From contig JBNJNM010000013.1 of NCBI GenBank assembly GCA_052426225.1, positions 186,001 to 250,000 of the forward strand: 64,000 nucleotides of DNA, read 5' to 3'. Made by a program: the position numbers and the translations under genes. The notes under the pieces are model-generated. The model worked only from the letters and a program-made list of their open reading frames with translations, did not search any database and had not been told where the DNA came from. Shown in pieces: positions 1-9,922 of the stretch (its first letter is position 1; the number at the start of each line of letters is the position of its first letter). This stretch comes from Zancudomyces culisetae HAW-14-8 (Eukaryota; Fungi; Kickxellomycota).

Positions 1-870
1 CTTCATTTTTGTTTTCCCCTCACTCTTTTGTTCCATCTGTGCATGATCCTCTGGTGCCTTCTCTTCCCTCGATTCCATTTGTTTTTCTTTAACAATTTTA
101 TCTTCGACTTCATCTTTCTTTTTTTGTGACGAATCATCCACAACTTGAATCCACTTGACACTATTCGCCCTATCCTCCTCCTCTTTTTTCTGTCGAGCCT
201 TTTGCTCCATGAATGCCGCCATTCTCTGTCGCCTGTCAATTACCTTGTTTGTACCCCCACTACCTTCAATTGTTCCTTCTCCTTCTCCTTCTCCTTCTTC
301 TCCCTTTCCCTCTCCCTCTTCGCCCCCTTCTTCGATCTCTTTTCGCTTTTCTTTGTTTTTTTGCTCCTCTTTTGCTCTTTTCTTTTGACGCCAAGCTTCC
401 AGCTTTTCTCGTCTGCTTAGCTCCTTGTCCTTTTCCTCCCCCTTTTCATGATCATTTTGATCATTTTTTTCTTTATTTGTGTGAAGCGCAGCAAGTTCTT
501 TCTCGATTTTCAGTTTTTCTAAAATCTTTTTGTTCAACTCGTTCTGTGGTTTTTGCTCTTGCTCTCTCTCTTGCTCTTTCTCGTCTCTGTTCAGTTCAAC
601 CCTCCCCTTGGTCTCCCTTTCATCTCTATACCTTTTACTTTTACCCCTATCTTTACTCCTACTTCTACTCCTACTTCTACTCTCATCCTTTCTATACTCC
701 CTCCTCCTATCCCTCCCTCGCTCCCTTTCGCTTTCCCTCTCTCTTGTTCCATTTCTATCTTCATACCTATATCGTTTTTCTCCTCTTCTCTCTCTCTCTG
801 TACTTCTCGACCGGCTCCTCCATTTTCTTTTGAATTCTCTATCCCTTTCTCTATCTTTTTCTCTAGCCAT
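1..870 (-). CDS. PRP5: 5' part (runs off window) of an RS/RD/E-rich protein, probably DEAD-box splicing helicase Prp5/DDX46
   Basis: Minus-strand frame open from ATG at 870 to base 1 (absent from the ORF track because it has no stop): MAREKDRERDREFKRKWRSRSRST...RSRSRSRSKDR...RREKLEAWRQKKRAKEE, the RS-rich N-terminus and R..KLEAWR motif typical of Prp5. The helicase core is not in the window. Confidence 0.6.
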   Translation of the reverse strand, partial: MAREKDRERDREFKRKWRSRSRSTERERRGEKRYRYEDRNGTRERESERERGRDRRREYRKDESRSRSRSRSKDRGKSKRYRDERETKGRVELNRDEKEQEREQEQKPQNELNKKILEKLKIEKELAALHTNKEKNDQNDHEKGEEKDKELSRREKLEAWRQKKRAKEEQKNKEKRKEIEEGGEEGEGKGEEGEGEGEGTIEGSGGTNKVIDRRQRMAAFMEQKARQKKEEEDRANSVKWIQVVDDSSQKKKDEVEDKIVKEKQMESREEKAPEDHAQMEQKSEGKTKMK

Positions 871-1261
871 CGCTATTCATTCTATTGTTTGATTTTTTAT
901 TACTATTTTCTAATCGCGTGAAAATATTTATACTAAAAATATTTACCCACAATCACGAGCTGAATGTCGATTTATTTTTCTTTGGTATCCGTGACCTTAA
1001 TACTTTACATAATAAAAATTATATAAAAAAATATTTTCAAAATCATTACATTTCACATTAGCCAACATTTCATCTAGTCTTGAACTCAAACCTGGATAAT
1101 ACCCACCAAAGACTCTTCGATGAATGTTTTTTTGAATAATTAGAGCACTCAAAAGCATCAAAATGACCTTTTTAACAGGTTTGGTGTTTATTTGGCTTTT
1201 TAAAATAAGCAAGAAATACAACTTTATCAAACAAATCCTAATATATCACCAATTAACATTA

Positions 1262-2458
1262 CTACAAAATCCCAGGAAAAATAGCATATCTGTTACTAGG
1301 ATATGCACTACCAAACTTCCGTTTATACCATCTGTGAGTTTCTATTGCTGAAATTGATAAATTTACAGATACCCACATCAGTACAAACCCAACAGTTATG
1401 TTAGTCAGCCCGGACAACATCCAAAATGATAGATACATCAATATCTCTCCAAGATAATGCGGCGAAGATACTTTTTCAAACATCCCACCAACTGGAATAT
1501 TATACACTCTTTCGGGACCCTTAGATTTAGAAACTGTGCTTTCAGTAGTATCTTTTGGTGTCCTTAGTTTAAAGAGTATGGTGTGGCTTTTGGTTCTCAT
1601 AATTACCGAATAAGTATACAATACCAAGCCGAGTATAAATATCACCTGGTTTGTCGAAGAAATATTATCTATAAATGTAAAATGCATATATTACTTCATT
1701 AGGTTCTTTACACTCTTTCTTTCTTTTTCGGATTAGGTTTGGATAAAACTAAATGTTAATTGTTTTAATGACTTACTTTCAGCATATACTCCTTCAATTA
1801 CTAGGCTTATCGGAGTAACAACATAAAACGCTAGTCCAACAATAAAGTGCCCCAAATGCATCCTTGCTTCTGATGTTGGTTGGAAAAAGACGGTCTCACA
1901 AGCTCTAATTATAACATGTATGTTGTACAACCCCAATATTAGCACTAGTTCTTTACTGATTCTATCAGCCAACTGTGCACACGCTTCGGATGGAAGTTTG
2001 CCAAGGGTCTTTGGTACAAACGCGTTTAATACCAGTGGTAAGTACTCGCATTCAAGCTTTTTGTAGAGCACAATAACTATTGGAAGTTTCTCTTTACTAT
2101 TGAAGTACTCCAATCCTCCCTTTTCGTATGCCATCATAAACATGAGCAGTTGCGAGGAAACAATTATTCCAACAAGGTAAAAATATGAAAAATATGACTT
2201 TGGCACTGTAAGTCCAAGCAACTTCTCAATAACACCTTTCTTTTCATTTGTCTTTTTCACTATCTTGGGTTTGCTGCTCTTATTCGTTTTAACGGATGAT
2301 AACAGCTCGTTACTTGGTTCTTTATTCTTTAATTCGAGTGAGTCAGCCACTTTTCCATAATAGACAAAGCGTTCTCTCAATTTGGGAAAAATCTCACAAA
2401 TTAATGCTGCAAAAGTAATCAATGAGTAGAATATTCGGCATAGGTATAGTATGTACAT
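1262..2458 (-). CDS. DFG10: Polyprenol reductase (SRD5A3/steroid 5-alpha-reductase family), 2 exons
   Basis: Motifs YGK, VPKSYFSYFY, ARMHLGHFIVG, YNIPVGGMFEKVSSPHYLGEI, HRWYKRKF, RYAIFPGIL. Intron 1776..1669 (GTAAGT...TAG) joins the two ORFs in frame. Confidence 0.9.
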
Positions 2459-3271
2459 CGTTTCAATTCTTATATTGAGGCTCTTCCGTAAAATTGAATG
2501 AATCCTTTTTGAACAAATCTATTTTTACTGAATATTTTTTTTGAACTCCTATTCCGGTTCTAATAGTATAAAAAACTTTTTCTTTTTGTTTTTACTGACT
2601 TTAATTTGTCCATTTTTTTAAAGGTGGTGGAAGAAATTGAATCATGCGAGATATAATTTTTTGTGTAGTTCCGTAAAATCAAGCCAGTATCTAATGATCT
2701 GGTTGATTTCATTTATTCAATGGCATGATTTGAGATGAAATGCACAAAAAAAAGAAGTATAGCCATTTTATGCTTACAGTCATATAAAAGCAAACCAAAA
2801 ATGCACTCAATCCTGTAGCTTGAGACTACATGGTATACTTTTGGTTTGTTTGCATGATGCTCATTATTTGGTATCAAAATTACCATTCATATCCTTTACA
2901 TACTTACTCGTTTTTTAAAAATTCAACCTCTTCCTCATATCCATCTTCAAAGTTAAAAACTGTTATGATTAGTTATTTAAATTATTTTAGTGTTGGTGAA
3001 GACTCTGAAAATGTTCAATGCTGACTATCAGATACGTATCAATATAAACAAAACCCCTATAAATAAAGAAATGTTGGTATTTATACAAGAAGCACTTAAA
3101 TTAAATACCTGTTTATTGATACTAATTTGACAATTGTTTTAAAAAAATGTATCATATAAATATATAAAAGAATGATATTGCAGAATATCCTATATCAACT
3201 CTTAAACAAACAAAAATACAAAAAAATAATTTAATGCTAATAACATATAAAATCTAACATGTTGAAAAAAA

Positions 3272-3525
3272 TGTTGTATGCCTACAATAGGTGAAACATT
3301 TCCATTGGTTAATTGTGTTTTGTAATTTTTAGTTAGATTTTTTGTAGATTTTATTGTATAAAATTGAAATTTTTGTTTAACTAAATAAATGTCCTCTTTT
3401 GCAAAATCCAAAGTACTGTATAATAATTCGCAGCATATAGTAAAAGGTAAGTAAAATGACCCGTCCCGTGTGTTATTTGGTGTAAAAAACACTAAATGGG
3501 ACCTTAAACATGGCAACACACAACA
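3272..3525 (+). mobile_element. Probable solo LTR (254 bp) of a related Ty3/Gypsy family
   Basis: Begins TGTTGTATGC, ends ACAACA, flanked by AAAAA on both sides. Shares the motif GATTTTA(TTG/CTC)TATAAAATTGAAATTT with the adjacent 689-bp LTR but otherwise differs. Confidence 0.75.
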
Positions 3526-3530
3526 AAAAA

Positions 3531-4219
3531 TGTTGTATGCTTAGTTCTATCCAAGCTAAACTATTGGATAAACAGCATACAGCTTCTCAAACACCGAATA
3601 ACCACCGTTATCTCGGGTGTTCGAGCTAGTAATCTGGGATTACTAGGGTGAAATTATCACCCAAAAAGTGAGTCAATATTAAGTTTTGATTATTTTATTT
3701 TAAGTTTCTATTATATAAAGTTCTAATAAAATAGCTAGTCAGGTACTAGTATATTACTAGTAACCTCACCACAAGTTTGGTGGTTTTATCTTTTTATTTT
3801 TAAAAGTTATTCATTAAATAAAATACAAATTAGCTCTAAAATACTTGATTTTACTCTATAAAATTGAAATTTGTGATTTGAGCAAAAACCTACCTAAAAC
3901 CAAAAAAAAACATAGGTAGTGAAGCGTAACACAATTTTCAAAGGGTATCAGAAAGGTATCAGAGTCTAATTTTTGGACCAAAATTAATTGTTTTGCACAC
4001 CAAATTTTAGGAGTTGGGCGTAATTTTACCCAGTTTTATCGCATTTATTGAAGTAATAAATACATAAAACTAAATTAAATATAAGCTAAAAAGGTAGGGT
4101 TGACTGGTTAAATAAAGTAAAACTTTCTCCAGTAACAATCCCCCTCTATTAGCAGAACTTTTTGTAGGTTTAGTTGCGGAAATTTCCTGAGAACTTTTCT
4201 GCAAACTAAAATTACAACA
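3531..4219 (+). repeat. 5' LTR (689 bp)
   Basis: Matches 9227-9915 with no difference found by eye; TG...CA termini. Confidence 0.97.
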
Positions 4220-4220
4220 G

Positions 4221-4238
4221 TGGGGGCTCTGCCGGGAA
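4221..4238 (+). promoter_or_regulatory. Primer binding site complementary to a tRNA-Pro 3' end
   Basis: TGGGGGCTCTGCCGGGAA, 1 nt after the LTR. Its complement reads TT-CCCGG-CAGAGCC-C-CCA (C73 discriminator) and resembles the MLV tRNA-Pro PBS TGGGGGCTCGTCCGGGAT. Confidence 0.8.
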
Positions 4239-4638
4239 ACTACCAAAACACTTGGGAAGTCCCGCAATAACCACTCTAGTCAGCAATTAAGCTGCTAAAG
4301 GATTATTTTATAAGTATTAAAATATATCTGGAGCATTCTGGGTGAAATACCACAGTTTCTCGGGTGCGAAAGGTAACTAGTCAGCGACTAAAGTTACCGA
4401 AAAAATTAATATTAATTAAAAGTTTCACCAGGAGTTTTTCCTGCAGGAAACATTAATTTTGGGTAGTTATACCTCAGAAAAATTAGCAGAAGGCTAGGAA
4501 TAATAGTAAATTGGTACTATTCCTTTTGCGGAGATATTTTTCCGAGAAAACTCCCAATTAAAAATATAAAAAGTTAAAAGTTCCGAACAAGTTACGGGAA
4601 GAACTATTATTAAAGTAGTTAGTTTAAACTACTAAAAA

Positions 4639-7600
4639 ATGGTTGGGAACACTGGTAAAAAAGTGATATCTAACCGCGGGGGTCCAGAAATTACTCCGTT
4701 TGATAGCGCAAACTGTCCCGATGTTGAGGACTGGTTGCATACTTACGGTTTAATTTCATCTATGTATGGGTGGAATGATGCAGAAAAACTCAAGTATCTT
4801 GAGCTGTACCTATCCGGGGAGGACAAGAAGTGGTTTAAAAGGCAATTGTCAACTTTGACAACCTGGGAAGCCGCTTCCAAGAAATTCCTGGAGCAGTTCG
4901 GTACTCAAGAAACTGAGTTAACGGCATTGGAAACCCTGATAGATTTGCGGCAAGCAAACTTTAAAAACTTTGAGCTTTTCGAAGCCGAGTTTGATAGTTT
5001 GGCTAATGCTGCGGGTATTAAGGAGGATTCGAAGACTTGGATGAATCTCTTTCGGAGAGCACTCACCCAAAGGAATCAAGTCCTTCTTTCTAAGGCTGGG
5101 ATTACTAAGGTAAAGGAAGCTAAGGAGAAACTCCTCGAGGAAGAAAAACTCGAGAAGGCTCTGAATCTTTCGGCACCAAAGAAAACCAGAGCACCCGCAA
5201 AGGTAGAAAAGAAAGAGCAAAGTCCTCCAAAAGCGGATACTTCGCTGAAGGAAAACTTTGCTGGGGAATTACAGAGAACGTTGAAGTATATGCAAGGTTT
5301 GCAACTCAACATTCTCGACAGGATGGAAAAGCTTGAGGCCAAATCTCATGGGGGAAACAATAGGAAACCCCAGAGAGACTTCAAGCCAAGAATCCTGGAG
5401 TGCTTCAAGTGTAAAAAGCCTGGGCACCATGGGACACAATGTCCTGAAGCAGCTGGAGGGTCGAAAGACTTAGGCTGTATTGAGCTCTGCTCTGAGATGT
5501 CCGACTCAGAGGCGGAAGCGTTGTTTGGAGTGGAGAAAAGGCCCAGAAGCCCCTCCCCAACAGACAACGGCCCTGTAAGGGGTAGAGTTAGGACAGGAGA
5601 AAATCCTCCGGGACAGGTTACCGGAGAGATTAGGGAGGTTGGTATGGAGGTCGAAAAAGACCAAAATCCACCTCAGGCAATACGAGTGGTTCCGAGAAAC
5701 CCTGCGAAAGACAGGTTCTCTTTCCAGACGGAAACCAACTCTAAAACAAAACGCTACTTAGCTGATAAAGCAGCTATAGTACGCGAGAGAGGTGCGGCGA
5801 CTGGGAAAACTCGCCAGACACCTGGGGACAAGGAAGAACTCCCAATAAAGGAGTTTTCCATTGAGGATGAGTTTAACAGGATTCAACCAAAGTTAAACTA
5901 TGCCCACCTCCTCAAGGTTTCCCCAATGGTTAGGAAGAGGATGTTAACATACATCCAAAAGTTGGAGGAGCAAGAGTTGGGAGCCATTGAAGATGAAGGT
6001 AGTCGTTATACAAACTGTAAAGCGTACATCGACGTCTTTGGTGAATACCACGTTGCTATCCTAGATACTGGAGCAGCCTGCTCAGTAGTCACCAACGACT
6101 TCCTAAAAATGCTGGGTTTGGAAATAGACACTATGGATACGCCCACTATAGTGACAGCAGATGGGGCGAAACATTCCACACTTGGAATAGTTTCGGGTGT
6201 ACCTTTCAGAATCGCTGGGTACATCTTTACTGGAGATCTGTTGGTCATGGAGCGGGGTATTAATCAGCTAGTCTTAGGCATGGACTGGTTGACTAAACAT
6301 GGTGCTATGGTCGACTTGGGCGGTAAAGAATTAATATTACCCAAGGGCGACAAGGAGATTGCTTTGACACTCTTTACGAGCAAGAAAAGCAACCTCGTAG
6401 ATTATTCGGGGTACGAACTCTACGGGATAGCAAAGGAGGTGTCAACTTCAACATCTGAAGTGGCACCAGAAGTACCCCAGGGGCTCCTCAATGTGCTGGA
6501 AAAGAATAAGGATCTGTTTGTGACTGATCTTATGGATCTAGAACAGACCGATGTTTTGGACCACCGCATTGAGGTTGGAGACGCCAATCCGGTGAAGGTT
6601 CGCCCTTACAGGATTCCGCACCATCTACGGGAGCAGGTGCGAGGGGAACTGGAGGTAATGGCAGAGAAAGGCATAATTGAGCCCTGCCAGTCCGATTGGT
6701 GCGCCCCAGTAGTGGTGGTAACTAAGAAAAACGGGAAGTTGAGAATTTGCTCAGATTACCGTAAACTTAACTTAGTTACCCGCAAGGATCTGTACCCATT
6801 GCCAATAATTGATGATATCTTTGCGGCATTTGGGAATGCAGGGGTTTTTAGCGTAATGGACGCTATGAGCGGGTTTTGGCAGGTCAAAATGAATCCCGCA
6901 GATAAACACAAAACAGCATTCGCTCTACCAGGAGATGGAATGTACTGTTACAACGTTATGCCTTTTGGACTTTGCAACAGTCCCGCTACATTCCAGAAAC
7001 TGATGGAGAAAGTGTTGGCAAACGTTTTATGGCGTTGTGCGATTGTGTTTATCGACGACATAATTGTGTACTCCAAGACCTGGGAGGAACACAAGGGACA
7101 TTTAGAAGAAGTTTTTGAATGTCTCAGGAAGGGTAAAGTGCAATTGCACAAAGATAAGTGCGAATTCGGCAAGACCGAGATTCGTTACTTGGGGCATACC
7201 ATTGGTAAGAATGGTATAAGTACAAATGAGGATAAAATAGTGAGTATAAACACTCTAATAGACCCAAGAAATGTTAAAGAAATACAATCCTTCTTAGGAT
7301 TCACTGGGTACTATAGGAAGTTTATACCTAACTATGCGTTAGTGGCCAGACCGTTGACAAACCTCCTAAAGAAAGATGTCTCTTGGGAGTGGTCTGAAGA
7401 ATGTAAAGAGGCGGTGCGGGAGCTAAAGAGACTGCTCACTCAAGCTCCTACACTGGCACATCCCAATTGGGACAGGGAATTTATCCTGACCACGGATGCC
7501 TCTGGGGTCGGACTGGGAGCTATCTTAACACAAGAAATAAACGGCGAAGAACGCCCAATAGCTTACGCCAGTCGCACCCTAAACATTCATGAAGCCAACT

Positions 7601-9177
7601 ATGCTATTACTCATTTGGAAGGCCTTGCGGTAGTGTGGGGAATAAAGAAATTTAAACACTACCTTTGGGGGAAAAAGTTTGTGGTGAAGACAGACCATTT
7701 GGCATTACTAAAGGTCTTTGACACCCAGGACTTAAATGGCAGAGTAGCACGATGGGCAATGTTCCTGCGGGAGTTTGACTACGAATTCCAACATGTTAGG
7801 GGTGCTGTAAACCCTACTGATTTCCTGTCAAGAAATCCAGGAATCACGGAAGAAGTAGCCCCAGGAGCAGAGGCCGAGGAAGTAGAAATAGCGGCGATGG
7901 ATGTGTTACATCACGCAGCTATTTCCAACTACCTAAGGGATAGAACTTACCCAAACAGAGCTAATGACGACTTCAGGAAAAGCCTTCGGGAAAAGGCTAA
8001 GTTGTTCAAGCTGCTGGATAATAAGTTATGCAAAGTAACAAAGCAGTTTGGGATAAGGGAAGTACTTCACCATGAGAATCAAAAGGAGAAAATCCGGGAG
8101 ATTCACGAAGAAGGTCATGAAGGAATACTCTATACCCTGAATCGCGCCCGAAACAAGTACTTCGGTAAAGGGTTGCGAGAGGTAGTTGAGGAAGTTGTAG
8201 GAGAATGTGAGCGTTGCCAAAAACAAGATAAAGGTAAATTCTTTAGAGAGCCGCTCCATCCTTTCCTAGCCATGCGACCGTTTGAAATAATGGGGATTGA
8301 CTTTGTAGGACCTATAAATCCTATAGCAAAGTCAGGCAACAAGTATGTCATAACTGCGATAGACTACTTGACGAAGTGGCCAATTGCTGTGGCGGTGCCA
8401 CATGCTACTTCGGAAGTTGTGATTAACTTCTTGTTCACCAAAGTGGTGCAAGAGTTCGGTATACCCGCACAACTTATGTCTGACAGAGGAGCATCATTCA
8501 CATCAGAATTGTCCTCTAAGTTTTACGAAGAGGTGGGGATTCACCACACCCCAACTACCGTATTTCGTCCCCAAGCTAATGGTCAAGTGGAACGCTTCCA
8601 TAGAACTTTCCGTAATGTGTTAGCCAAAGTTTCTGAGAGAAACAAGGAAGAGTGGGATACTTATATCTGGAAGGTCTTGTTAGTCATCAGGACTATGAAG
8701 AACAGATCTACAGATAAAAGCCCCGCAGAGTTACTGTATGGAGTAAAGTTGCAAACCCCAGCAACTTGGAGACCTCCTGCAGAAGTGGAAGATCTCGAGG
8801 AAGAGATTATTCAAAGGGTAAACGCCATCCAAGTTGGTATCCCCGAGATAAGGCGCCTAGCAGTTGAGAAAATGGCTGAGGCAAACCAGGTCATGAAGCA
8901 AAGGTATGACAAACAAGTAACTGTCTACCGTTTCAAGGAAGGTGACAAGGTGCTCAGAAAAGTTGAGCAGCCTTCAGGAAAATTGGAACCCTACTGGGAA
9001 GGACCATATACCGTCACCAGAGTACTTAGGTTAGGCACATACGTTATCCAAGATCCAGCAGGACACCGTGACTTGGTTAATGGAGACCGCCTTAAACCAT
9101 ATCGCCAGGCAGAACATATGATTCCCGAGATCACGCCAGGGAATATTCGGAGCACTTTGAGACGCTTCAAGAATTAA
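4639..9177 (+). CDS. Gag-Pol polyprotein (1512 aa, single ORF)
   Basis: Zn knuckle CFKCKKPGHHGTQC, protease AILDTGAACS, RT (MPFGLCNSPATFQ, FIDD), RNase H (TTDAS), integrase (HEEGH..CERC, DFVGP, SDRG, NGQVER) and a GPY motif (WEGPY). Domain order is Ty3/Gypsy; no chromodomain seen. Confidence 0.98.
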   Translation: MVGNTGKKVISNRGGPEITPFDSANCPDVEDWLHTYGLISSMYGWNDAEKLKYLELYLSGEDKKWFKRQLSTLTTWEAASKKFLEQFGTQETELTALETLIDLRQANFKNFELFEAEFDSLANAAGIKEDSKTWMNLFRRALTQRNQVLLSKAGITKVKEAKEKLLEEEKLEKALNLSAPKKTRAPAKVEKKEQSPPKADTSLKENFAGELQRTLKYMQGLQLNILDRMEKLEAKSHGGNNRKPQRDFKPRILECFKCKKPGHHGTQCPEAAGGSKDLGCIELCSEMSDSEAEALFGVEKRPRSPSPTDNGPVRGRVRTGENPPGQVTGEIREVGMEVEKDQNPPQAIRVVPRNPAKDRFSFQTETNSKTKRYLADKAAIVRERGAATGKTRQTPGDKEELPIKEFSIEDEFNRIQPKLNYAHLLKVSPMVRKRMLTYIQKLEEQELGAIEDEGSRYTNCKAYIDVFGEYHVAILDTGAACSVVTNDFLKMLGLEIDTMDTPTIVTADGAKHSTLGIVSGVPFRIAGYIFTGDLLVMERGINQLVLGMDWLTKHGAMVDLGGKELILPKGDKEIALTLFTSKKSNLVDYSGYELYGIAKEVSTSTSEVAPEVPQGLLNVLEKNKDLFVTDLMDLEQTDVLDHRIEVGDANPVKVRPYRIPHHLREQVRGELEVMAEKGIIEPCQSDWCAPVVVVTKKNGKLRICSDYRKLNLVTRKDLYPLPIIDDIFAAFGNAGVFSVMDAMSGFWQVKMNPADKHKTAFALPGDGMYCYNVMPFGLCNSPATFQKLMEKVLANVLWRCAIVFIDDIIVYSKTWEEHKGHLEEVFECLRKGKVQLHKDKCEFGKTEIRYLGHTIGKNGISTNEDKIVSINTLIDPRNVKEIQSFLGFTGYYRKFIPNYALVARPLTNLLKKDVSWEWSEECKEAVRELKRLLTQAPTLAHPNWDREFILTTDASGVGLGAILTQEINGEERPIAYASRTLNIHEANYAITHLEGLAVVWGIKKFKHYLWGKKFVVKTDHLALLKVFDTQDLNGRVARWAMFLREFDYEFQHVRGAVNPTDFLSRNPGITEEVAPGAEAEEVEIAAMDVLHHAAISNYLRDRTYPNRANDDFRKSLREKAKLFKLLDNKLCKVTKQFGIREVLHHENQKEKIREIHEEGHEGILYTLNRARNKYFGKGLREVVEEVVGECERCQKQDKGKFFREPLHPFLAMRPFEIMGIDFVGPINPIAKSGNKYVITAIDYLTKWPIAVAVPHATSEVVINFLFTKVVQEFGIPAQLMSDRGASFTSELSSKFYEEVGIHHTPTTVFRPQANGQVERFHRTFRNVLAKVSERNKEEWDTYIWKVLLVIRTMKNRSTDKSPAELLYGVKLQTPATWRPPAEVEDLEEEIIQRVNAIQVGIPEIRRLAVEKMAEANQVMKQRYDKQVTVYRFKEGDKVLRKVEQPSGKLEPYWEGPYTVTRVLRLGTYVIQDPAGHRDLVNGDRLKPYRQAEHMIPEITPGNIRSTLRRFKN

Positions 9178-9216
9178 AGCTTGCACACAAAGGTTGAAAC
9201 CCTGAGTGTAAGCTGT

Positions 9217-9226
9217 GGGGGGGAGG
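9217..9226 (+). promoter_or_regulatory. Polypurine tract
   Basis: GGGGGGGAGG immediately before the 3' LTR. Confidence 0.9.
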
Positions 9227-9915
9227 TGTTGTATGCTTAGTTCTATCCAAGCTAAACTATTGGATAAACAGCATACAGCTTCTCAAACACCGAATAACCA
9301 CCGTTATCTCGGGTGTTCGAGCTAGTAATCTGGGATTACTAGGGTGAAATTATCACCCAAAAAGTGAGTCAATATTAAGTTTTGATTATTTTATTTTAAG
9401 TTTCTATTATATAAAGTTCTAATAAAATAGCTAGTCAGGTACTAGTATATTACTAGTAACCTCACCACAAGTTTGGTGGTTTTATCTTTTTATTTTTAAA
9501 AGTTATTCATTAAATAAAATACAAATTAGCTCTAAAATACTTGATTTTACTCTATAAAATTGAAATTTGTGATTTGAGCAAAAACCTACCTAAAACCAAA
9601 AAAAAACATAGGTAGTGAAGCGTAACACAATTTTCAAAGGGTATCAGAAAGGTATCAGAGTCTAATTTTTGGACCAAAATTAATTGTTTTGCACACCAAA
9701 TTTTAGGAGTTGGGCGTAATTTTACCCAGTTTTATCGCATTTATTGAAGTAATAAATACATAAAACTAAATTAAATATAAGCTAAAAAGGTAGGGTTGAC
9801 TGGTTAAATAAAGTAAAACTTTCTCCAGTAACAATCCCCCTCTATTAGCAGAACTTTTTGTAGGTTTAGTTGCGGAAATTTCCTGAGAACTTTTCTGCAA
9901 ACTAAAATTACAACA
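9227..9915 (+). repeat. 3' LTR (689 bp)
   Basis: Copy of 3531-4219. Confidence 0.97.
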
Positions 9916-9922
9916 AAAATAA

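Larger units (their letters stand above)
3531..9915 (+). mobile_element. Full-length Ty3/Gypsy (Metaviridae) LTR retrotransposon
   Basis: Direct LTRs 3531-4219 and 9227-9915 (TGTTGT...ACAACA), PBS at 4221, PPT at 9217-9226, intact Gag-PR-RT-RH-IN ORF, AAAA on both flanks (putative TSD). Confidence 0.98.

Noticed and set aside
145-921. Several plus-strand F/S/L-rich ORFs
   Set aside because: Shadows of the purine-rich minus-strand PRP5-like coding sequence.
3944-3964. Tandem GGTATCAGA inside the LTR, resembling the plant iMet PBS (TGGTATCAGAGC)
   Set aside because: Lacks the TGG start and lies mid-LTR; a proper PBS is present at 4221.
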